Shown here: in pieces, positions 16,749 through 23,453 of the stretch
Position numbering within the stretch: position 1 is the first letter of the stretch
Layout: every line of letters starts with the position of its first letter
Source: an uncultured virus (IMG/VR IMGVR_UViG_3300031134_000596)
Taxonomy: Duplodnaviria > Heunggongvirae > Uroviricota > Caudoviricetes
Reading direction: 5' to 3' (one strand)
DNA: 25,196 bases
Virus record (IMG/VR): IMGVR_UViG_3300031134_000596
Notes under the pieces: generated by a model
What the model was told of the DNA's origin: nothing
The model's database searches: none
Seen by the model: the letters and a program-made list of their open reading frames with translations, nothing else
Translations under genes and position numbers: made by a program

Positions 16749-16756
16749 GAGCCTGG

Positions 16757-17284
16757 TCAATTCAACTCTTCGTAATTAGCTGGCAGTTTTCCTGCATCGT
16801 ATTGGCGTTCCCACTCATCGAAGCGTGAGCTCTGAGTGTCTAACCACTCTTGATGCACTGCAACCTTTGCGTGAGCTTGCATTTTCTTTCTCTCTACAGA
16901 ACGTAGATACAAACGGTGACCGAGGAAGTTGATTCCTTGTTTCGCGGCAAAGCACATAATTGGTGTAAGTATGCCCATCCAAGCGATAGCTGAAATGGAG
17001 AAGCCTTCGTCCTGAAGGACGAACAATGTGCTAATGAGGGAACCGGCAACCGCACCAGCGGCAAGTGTGTTCGTTACAGCAAGTACTAACCGGTCAGGTT
17101 CTTCCTCTACGAAAGGGTTAGAAGATCGACCAAAAATTTCTCCCATCAATAAAGCCATGCATGCAACTGACAACCACATCAAGTTGCTGCCGCTCAAAGG
17201 CTGGTCGAAGGAACGGAAGATAACTGACCCTATTGCCAGGATCGCTCCTAAAGAAAACCACATGGTAAGAAACTTATATCGCAT
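16757..17284 (-). CDS. four-TM membrane protein
   Basis: Four hydrophobic segments and a charged C-terminal tail; apparently leaderless. Confidence 0.75.
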   Translation of the reverse strand: MRYKFLTMWFSLGAILAIGSVIFRSFDQPLSGSNLMWLSVACMALLMGEIFGRSSNPFVEEEPDRLVLAVTNTLAAGAVAGSLISTLFVLQDEGFSISAIAWMGILTPIMCFAAKQGINFLGHRLYLRSVERKKMQAHAKVAVHQEWLDTQSSRFDEWERQYDAGKLPANYEELN

Positions 17285-17339
17285 CCAGTTACATTATCAG
17301 CATGTTTTCAGTAGGAGTCATTTTAGACATTCAGGGTAC

Positions 17340-17362
17340 AAAAAAGACCCCATTTAGGGGTC
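17340..17362 (-). terminator. Rho-independent terminator
   Basis: Minus strand GACCCC-taaat-GGGGTC-TTTTTT. Confidence 0.75.
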
Positions 17363-17381
17363 AAATTTGTTGAATCAGGTG

Positions 17382-17702
17382 TTACCTGTTGTCAAGGAGA
17401 ACCTTGAACATGGTGCTGAACAGCGTCCGCTGGACCTCCTCAAAGAGGTCAAAAGTCTGAGCAGGGACGAACACCAGCTCCACCTGCATCTTGTTGTGGA
17501 TAACAGCCTTGTCCTCTGACATCACCACCTCGAACTCGACAGAAACCTTCGGGTGGACCTCACCTGTGAAGCCAGCGTGTCGCTTGATGAGCGGGAAAAC
17601 ATCGTTCTCCAGGGCAGCCTCAGCAGAAGCGGCAGTCTTCTCTCGAAGCTCCTCAAGCTGCTCAGCCGGGATGACATCCTTCAATGCGGGCAGGGTAACC
17701 AT
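17382..17702 (-). CDS. acidic hypothetical protein (106 aa)
   Basis: ORF with purine-rich RBS, TAGGCT -10 upstream and terminator downstream. Confidence 0.75.
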   Translation of the reverse strand: MVTLPALKDVIPAEQLEELREKTAASAEAALENDVFPLIKRHAGFTGEVHPKVSVEFEVVMSEDKAVIHNKMQVELVFVPAQTFDLFEEVQRTLFSTMFKVLLDNR

Positions 17703-17864
17703 TGTGTCTCTTCTCTCTCAGTTGAAGTAATTGATTGAAGCCTACACCATTCCACTGACAATGGGAAGAGTGTGTTCGGGATACTCTCATTATCTGACCC
17801 AGGACTACCATTTATCCCTTCTGTATGGTAAGATAGAGAATACGACTTACAGTAGAGGAAAACT

Positions 17865-18236
17865 ATGTCTTTCACATTAGCTGAAATTAAGAGTGCCATC
17901 GATCAGTACGAGGTGGACCGTGAAGAAAACGAGGACACACCTTTTGCAGAGACCCTCATTGAAGGTGACTGGTCTCTCCCTCGGGACCAGCGCAAGCAAG
18001 AGGTGGAACTCCCTGGAATTGGCACAGCTGTTTATGTTGATGCCAAAGACGGAGCTGAAGGCGGCGGCGAAGACATCTGGGTTGTCTTCAAAATTGGAGA
18101 GCGTTTCTTCCGCCTGAACGGTTACTACGCATCCTACGATGGTTCCAACTGGGGTGAAAGCGGTCTTGACGAAGTGACACCCAAAGAGAAGGTTGTCACT
18201 GTCTTTGAGACCGTTGACAGTTACCGAGGCTGGTGA
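17865..18236 (+). CDS. family B paralogue 1
   Basis: 'PGIGTA......GAEGGGEDIWVVF.....FRLNGYYASYDGSNW....EVTPKEKVVTVFE'; GAGG RBS; TGgTAAGAT -10. Confidence 0.85.
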   Translation: MSFTLAEIKSAIDQYEVDREENEDTPFAETLIEGDWSLPRDQRKQEVELPGIGTAVYVDAKDGAEGGGEDIWVVFKIGERFFRLNGYYASYDGSNWGESGLDEVTPKEKVVTVFETVDSYRGW

Positions 18237-18239
18237 AAC

Positions 18240-18584
18240 ATGTCTTTGACAGCTGCACAGGTTAAAACTGCCATCCAGAACATCAAAGAGACCAGCTACT
18301 CACCAGAGCTGGGTGCTGCTTATGGGTTTGCTGCTACTTTAGTTGATGGTAATTTCTTCAACAACGAGTACGAGTACAGCCTCGAAACAGATTTGGGCAC
18401 TGCCAAACAGGTTGACTACAAGCGAAATGTGGATAACGAGTTGACGTTGGTGTTCCAGATTGGCACCCAGGTGTTCGCCATTGATGGACTCTATGATTCG
18501 TATGATGCTGACGAATGGTACATCAACTCTGTACGTGAAGTAACTCCTGTCGAGAAAACCATCATCGTTTACGAGAACCTCTAA
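18240..18584 (+). CDS. family B paralogue 2
   Basis: 'LGTA..VD...LVFQIG...FAIDGLYDSYDADEW....VREVTPVEKTIIVYE'. Confidence 0.85.
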   Translation: MSLTAAQVKTAIQNIKETSYSPELGAAYGFAATLVDGNFFNNEYEYSLETDLGTAKQVDYKRNVDNELTLVFQIGTQVFAIDGLYDSYDADEWYINSVREVTPVEKTIIVYENL

Positions 18585-18596
18585 GGAGACAAGACT

Positions 18597-19253
18597 ATGA
18601 CTTTATTGAAAGACCTTGCTGCAGCTATTGAGTCCACCAACCTCTTCGTTCTGCAGTTGGAGAACGACAAAAAGGTGAACTTAGGTTCACTGGGTGAAGT
18701 AGAGTATGTTGACTCAAAAGTGCAATCTGCCTCCGTGGGCGATATCGAATGGGTGGTCTTCCGTCACGAGAACGACCTTTACCGCATGTATGGTGTTGTA
18801 GAACAATTTTTCTCGGAGACTGTTCGATGGCAGACTGATTCACTTGAGAAGGTGAAGAACTACGCTCTCAAAGAGAGAACATACAAGAAGTCTGAAGACA
18901 GCTCAAAGCCTGCCTTAACAGTCAAAAACTTTACCGACTTAGCAAAAAGCTATGGTTGGGGCTACTTCATCCGCTTAGTTCAGAAGAGCAGTAACACTGT
19001 AGCTGTTCAGGTCCCTAACTTCCCTTACGACATCTACATGTTTGAAGACTACCGAATGGATGGTGAAGGAAGCGGTGAAATCTGGATGGTCTTGCGAATT
19101 TTCGATGTTGAACAGAACAAAGACCGCTTCTTCAAAATCGAAGGTTACTACGACTCGTACGATGGTGAAACATGGAACCAGTATCACCTCCGCGAAGTAG
19201 TTCCACATGACCGAGTGGTCCGTTTTTACGACTCTGTATGGTCAACACATTAA
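18597..19253 (+). CDS. family B paralogue 3 (two tandem domains)
   Basis: Degenerate N-terminal copy 'LGEVEYVD...WVVF...LYRMYG...W...LEKV' and full C-terminal copy 'GEGSGEIWMVL...FKIEGYYDSYDGETW...REVVP'; AAGGAG RBS. Confidence 0.85.
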   Translation: MTLLKDLAAAIESTNLFVLQLENDKKVNLGSLGEVEYVDSKVQSASVGDIEWVVFRHENDLYRMYGVVEQFFSETVRWQTDSLEKVKNYALKERTYKKSEDSSKPALTVKNFTDLAKSYGWGYFIRLVQKSSNTVAVQVPNFPYDIYMFEDYRMDGEGSGEIWMVLRIFDVEQNKDRFFKIEGYYDSYDGETWNQYHLREVVPHDRVVRFYDSVWSTH

Positions 19254-19301
19254 TAGATGGTAGAATGGTTCGAGTAACCATAAATTAGAAAAGAGAGAGT
19301 T

Positions 19302-19637
19302 ATGCCCGCAGCTTATTCGACTGATGAAATTCTCGCAGGAATCAAGGCTTTTGATACGACCAGTAGCTGGATTTCACCTGCCAGTGCGTTCGTTGAGAAG
19401 ATGACGTACGGAGACAAAACCGCCACCATCCCTGGTATCGGTGTCGCCACTTTGAAGGATGAGAAGCTAGGAGAAGAGGGAGAAGGTGAGAACATTTGGG
19501 TGGTGTTCGAGCTTTATGGTTCCCTGTACCGTCTCAACGGTTTCTACAGCTCTTACGATGGGGAAGACTGGACTTACGGCAGCGTTGTTCAGGTGAAACC
19601 TCGTGAAATTACAACAACAATCTACGAAGCTGTCTAA
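19302..19637 (+). CDS. family B paralogue 4
   Basis: 'PGIGVA......GEEGEGENIWVVF.....YRLNGFYSSYDGEDW....QVKPREITTTIYE'; own TGgTAGAAT -10. Confidence 0.85.
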   Translation: MPAAYSTDEILAGIKAFDTTSSWISPASAFVEKMTYGDKTATIPGIGVATLKDEKLGEEGEGENIWVVFELYGSLYRLNGFYSSYDGEDWTYGSVVQVKPREITTTIYEAV

Positions 19638-19648
19638 CTAAAGCAGCA

Positions 19649-19685
19649 TTCCCCTCTACTCTGGTTCTGCCAGGGTAGAGGGGAA
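19649..19685. terminator. hairpin terminator closing the family B cluster
   Basis: TTCCCCTCTACTCTGG-ttctg-CCAGGGTAGAGGGGAA 16-bp stem. Confidence 0.7.
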
Positions 19686-19708
19686 ACTTATTTGAAAAAG
19701 GTGTTACT

Positions 19709-20629
19709 GTGATCCCTGTTATCGCTGAGGGTAAAGGGGCTAAAGCTTTGGCCCGCTTGACTCCTGTCGAAAATTATCGAACGGCTCAGAGAGTAGAAAA
19801 ACTTCAAATTGCAAGCGGAGCAACAACCTTGTTTGGTTCTGCCATAGCTGGTATAGCCCTTCCAGCTATTTTTGCCCCAGAAGCCTTCTCTATCTATCTT
19901 TCTGTCATTGGAGGTCTCCTCAGTCCATTCTTAGGGATGCGTGTTGCACGAAGCATCTATAGGCGATTCTTGTTCACAGATACAACTGACCTTGCGATAG
20001 GCATTCGAAAAGTTCTGTACGATTGGGCTTATCAACAGTACAACGTCAGAATTATTTCACAGTACTGGATTGATACAAAAGCTTTGTACTCTGGACAAAA
20101 ATCGGATCGCCATTTGGGAAACATGGAAGATGAAAAAGGTAACGAATACCAGCTGTGGATCAATTCTGAACAAAAACTGAGTCTTCAAAAACACGTAGGG
20201 GGACAAAGTTATAGCATCCAAAAACCTATAGCTCCTTTACCGAAGCAGAAAGCTTTGCCTGCAGCTGAAGCTAATACTGAAGAAGTTTTCTTCATCTCAA
20301 AAACACAATCTGTTGACATTTTGATTGAGTACTTAGAAGAACTTGAACTGGACGCTGAGCAGGCTCATTTGGTTGAGAGAGCGAAAGACGATTTAGCTTA
20401 TGCTCTCAACATGTATGAGAACCTACTGAAAGTAGGGGAAAGTTCTGAAGCTAATCAGCATTTGAGGTTTGCGGTTCGCACTTTGAGAAACGAACTCCAG
20501 CAGCTGAAAGAGGAATACATCCAAAGTGTCAGAAGTCAAGCCCATCTTCAGCAAGAGTATCTAAAAAGTCGTACTGCCGGCTCACAAGATTCAGGTCAGC
20601 TGCAGTTGCATCCGACGAAAAATAGTTAG
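19709..20629 (+). CDS. membrane-anchored distant family A member
   Basis: Two TM segments, 'QKALPAAEAN' linker, C-terminal 'LDAEQAHLVERAKDDLAYALNMY...L..EL..L....QQEYLKSR'; GTG start with AAAGG. Confidence 0.7.
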   Translation: MIPVIAEGKGAKALARLTPVENYRTAQRVEKLQIASGATTLFGSAIAGIALPAIFAPEAFSIYLSVIGGLLSPFLGMRVARSIYRRFLFTDTTDLAIGIRKVLYDWAYQQYNVRIISQYWIDTKALYSGQKSDRHLGNMEDEKGNEYQLWINSEQKLSLQKHVGGQSYSIQKPIAPLPKQKALPAAEANTEEVFFISKTQSVDILIEYLEELELDAEQAHLVERAKDDLAYALNMYENLLKVGESSEANQHLRFAVRTLRNELQQLKEEYIQSVRSQAHLQQEYLKSRTAGSQDSGQLQLHPTKNS

Positions 20630-20632
20630 ACA

Positions 20633-20681
20633 AAAGGCTCTTCGTGTACAGCTTAGAAAAAGTCATACACGAAGAGCCTTT
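20633..20681. terminator. long inverted repeat / terminator
   Basis: 16-bp perfect arms AAAGGCTCTTCGTGTA/TACACGAAGAGCCTTT with a 17-nt spacer. Confidence 0.65.
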
Positions 20682-20740
20682 GCTTATATTCATTTTTTGG
20701 TGTATGATGAAATGTACCATAGTAGAAAATAGGTACTAAC

Positions 20741-20932
20741 ATGACTCGCAGTTTAACTCCTGCCTTTGCAGATATCATCAACAGAGCTGATGCTCTTCAC
20801 ATGACCATCCCTGAACTCTACCAGCATGAAACAGCAGAGCTTCAGAAGTCCTTCTCTGGATTCGAGTTAGCAATTCGAAGGAACGAACTGAGAAAGAGTT
20901 ACGACCGTAAGTATGTCGGAGACAAAGACTAA
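20741..20932 (+). CDS. small hypothetical protein (63 aa)
   Basis: ORF with AGGT RBS and -10-like boxes in the AT-rich upstream region. Confidence 0.6.
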   Translation: MTRSLTPAFADIINRADALHMTIPELYQHETAELQKSFSGFELAIRRNELRKSYDRKYVGDKD

Positions 20933-21025
20933 AATCGTCCTTTCCCAATCGGTGGCCAGTTGTAGAAAAGTGTTGCAAATTGCATTCAGTTAGGTGCATA
21001 ACCAGCACATGGTACAGTTAAACGT

Positions 21026-21430
21026 ATGACTTTACCAGATGGAAACTCAGCACCGGAGACTTCTTTACATGAAGTTCGTCAGTATGCTTACAAAGCAGAA
21101 CCTGTAGTCAGCCGAAAGTATCAGGTCATTTCCCCTATTTGGGTTATTCTAATGACCAGTGCAGCGTATCTCTTAGGTCTTGCCATTACTTTCGACATCA
21201 CAGGTGACTACGTTAGTTGGCTCACCACTTCAGCCATCCTTATTCTCTGCTTAGCGAATTTCCTTCAACTGCTTGTTTTGTCGAAAGCATCTGAACAGTT
21301 GATCCAAGCTGCTCAAGCTAAGTACTCGGATAAGGTTTCCCGCAAAGCCCTTATGGCCTACAACAAAGCTGTCCTCTATCTTGGACCTGCTGGTTTGGCA
21401 CTTGGAGCTGTAACAGTCCTCATTTTTTGA
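21026..21430 (+). CDS. three-TM membrane protein
   Basis: Three hydrophobic segments; leaderless (TGgTACAGT 7 nt before ATG). Confidence 0.75.
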   Translation: MTLPDGNSAPETSLHEVRQYAYKAEPVVSRKYQVISPIWVILMTSAAYLLGLAITFDITGDYVSWLTTSAILILCLANFLQLLVLSKASEQLIQAAQAKYSDKVSRKALMAYNKAVLYLGPAGLALGAVTVLIF

Positions 21431-21440
21431 GTGAACTGTT

Positions 21441-21752
21441 TTACAACCCTTCAGCTATTTTGCGTAGAACTGTTAGATGGTTCTTCCAGGCTGCACGACC
21501 TTCTTTGGTCAAAGAGACCATCGTTCGAGGGTATTTACCTACAAAGCTTTTCTGAACAGCAAGATAGCCGGCAGTTTCCAAAGCGGATATCTGTTTACTC
21601 AAAGCTGAATCAGTTACTTCGAGGTTCTCTTTGACTTCTTGGAAACTCAGCTTTTCAGCTTTGTCCAAAGACGCCATGATTGAGAATCGTATGACGTTAT
21701 GGAGTAGGTCGGTCAGTTGGTGACGTGGATGTGACTGTTCTACCGTACTCAT
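21441..21752 (-). CDS. winged-helix transcriptional regulator (ArsR/MarR-like, HTH_34 type)
   Basis: 'LH..IRFSIMA.L.....LSF..VKE.L.VTDSALSKQISALE.AGYL.V.K.FVGK.PRT.V.LT..GR.A...H...L'; start re-called to ATG 21752, ATGA overlap with upstream gene. Confidence 0.9.
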   Translation of the reverse strand: MSTVEQSHPRHQLTDLLHNVIRFSIMASLDKAEKLSFQEVKENLEVTDSALSKQISALETAGYLAVQKSFVGKYPRTMVSLTKEGRAAWKNHLTVLRKIAEGL

Positions 21753-22180
21753 CGTCGGGCCTCGATTGTGGCGGCAAAGAAAGTTACAAGAAGAATTAAT
21801 CCAGAGGTAGCTGCAGCCCAGATAACAGAGCCGTGCATGAATCCTACTACAGCAATGGCTCCTGCATATGCGACAGCCCAGGATACAATGTATGCTGCCC
21901 AACGCTTACTCCAGGCGAAGGCTCGTTTTTCTCTGGTAGTGGCAAGGAAGAACATCAGCAGGGCGAACAACATAGTCAGTGTGGCTGTGTAGGCCAATCC
22001 GAAGGAAGCGCCTTCGGTTAGAGTCATGGCTAAGCTTCCGAAAGCTGTGATTATTCCTAAAGCGAGAATGAAGCTGATGTAGGGCCATTTTACCGCATCG
22101 TGGGACTGCTTGCTGAGAGTTGTTGCTCTGTTCAGCAGGTCTTGTGCTTCGGTGGGACTGAAAGGTGCTTGCGTATTCAT
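21749..22180 (-). CDS. four-TM membrane protein co-transcribed with the winged-helix regulator
   Basis: Start re-called to ATG 22180 (MNTQAPF) after AGGAG; four hydrophobic segments; this gene pair is common in Actinobacteria. Confidence 0.8.
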   Translation of the reverse strand: MNTQAPFSPTEAQDLLNRATTLSKQSHDAVKWPYISFILALGIITAFGSLAMTLTEGASFGLAYTATLTMLFALLMFFLATTREKRAFAWSKRWAAYIVSWAVAYAGAIAVVGFMHGSVIWAAATSGLILLVTFFAATIEARR

Positions 22181-22331
22181 GGTGTTCTCCTGTTCGTTTT
22201 CTCTATCTACTTTCCTTATCGGCAAGTACTTGACAAACAAGAAAACATATTGCATTTTCTTTGGGTTGTTTTCTATGTAAGCCTGTGCTAAGCTATGTAA
22301 GTACTTTGTTGGAGAATAGAGAGAAAACCAA

Positions 22332-23138
22332 ATGAAGATTCTTGTCGGTTCAACCGCATTGAAGCATCACATGCCTGACATCCGCGAGCCTAAGGACCTG
22401 GATTATCTCCTGGTCAACCCCACTCCTGAAGAGCTTGAGCTTCTGAACGAGGGACAGGGTGTTGATGTCTTTACCCATCCTGACCTTTCCAAGTGGGACT
22501 GGTCAGGTGAGGTCCCCTCGCTGGATGAGCTGTACACGCTCAAGGTCTCACACTCTTTCTGGGAGCTGAAGAACGGCACTTGGGACAAGCACATGTTTGA
22601 TGTGGTGAAGATGAGTGAAGCTGGAGCGAAGTTCATTCCTGAGCTCCACGCTATCCTTTACCCCATCTGGGTTGAGAAGCATGGAGTAAAGAAGGCTAAC
22701 CTGGAGCTTGCTCCTGATGAGTTCTTCAACCCTCATGTCCAGCGTAAGTACGACCATGACTCTGTTCATGCCTCCGTTGCTTACCGTGAGTCTGGTATCC
22801 CGCTGTTCAACGAGATTCTTCGTGACGGTCACCAGGTTGCTGTGGACCGTGCCAAGTTTGAGGCAATGCCCCTGGAGACTAAGTTCCAGTTGGTTCGTGA
22901 GGAAGTTTACGCGACAGCACTTGAGCGTCGTCTGATTCCGTCCAACTACACGTTGAACCCTCGTGTGGGTTATGCTTACGCTCTGCGTCGCACCATTACT
23001 TCATACACAAAGGGCTGGTTCCCTCTGTTCATCGTCCTGAACTTCGGTGAACTTCGTAAGCCTGATGTGAACTTTGTGCAGATTCATCACGAAAACGCTG
23101 ACCGTCTCATTCCGTTTGATGATAAGGTAGAAGCATGA
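22332..23138 (+). CDS. phage-type protein with N-terminal nucleotidyltransferase-like GS...DxD motif
   Basis: 'ILVGSTAL.......REPKDLDY', 'LYTLKVSH.FW', 'W.KH..D', 'R.YDHDSVH', 'EE..A.A.ER'; TGcTAAGCT -10 upstream. Confidence 0.6.
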   Translation: MKILVGSTALKHHMPDIREPKDLDYLLVNPTPEELELLNEGQGVDVFTHPDLSKWDWSGEVPSLDELYTLKVSHSFWELKNGTWDKHMFDVVKMSEAGAKFIPELHAILYPIWVEKHGVKKANLELAPDEFFNPHVQRKYDHDSVHASVAYRESGIPLFNEILRDGHQVAVDRAKFEAMPLETKFQLVREEVYATALERRLIPSNYTLNPRVGYAYALRRTITSYTKGWFPLFIVLNFGELRKPDVNFVQIHHENADRLIPFDDKVEA

Positions 23139-23395
23139 ATCAGCCGCAGATTATTATCACTCTGAACTCTCGTCAGCAGGAGACTCTCCGAGACGCAGCT
23201 AAGTCCTGCCATGTTCGCATCCGCAGCGTCCTGAAGAAGCTGGATGAGACAACCCTCACCTCGCATGGCTCAGCCATTTTCTACATCTCTCCTCGGGAGC
23301 TGAAGGAAATCAAGCAGCTAGACAAAGCAAGCCGAGTGAACATGAGTGACATCATGGCAATGACTCGTTCAGGTAAGCGTCTGGCTAACCTGTAG
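23135..23395 (+). CDS. small basic hypothetical protein (86 aa)
   Basis: ATGA overlap with upstream gene, AAGGT RBS. Confidence 0.75.
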   Translation: MNQPQIIITLNSRQQETLRDAAKSCHVRIRSVLKKLDETTLTSHGSAIFYISPRELKEIKQLDKASRVNMSDIMAMTRSGKRLANL

Positions 23396-23407
23396 TCTTA
23401 TCGCCAC

Positions 23408-23448
23408 ACTAAAGAAGCCCCTCCAGCAATTGGAGGGGCTTCTTTAGT
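23408..23448. terminator. bidirectional terminator
   Basis: 18-bp perfect stem ACTAAAGAAGCCCCTCCA/TGGAGGGGCTTCTTTAGT between convergent genes. Confidence 0.85.
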
Positions 23449-23453
23449 TCAAC

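Noticed and set aside
21753..21902. Cys-rich N-terminal extension of the winged-helix ORF
   Set aside because: Alternative frame of the upstream membrane gene; the real start is the ATGA-coupled ATG at 21752
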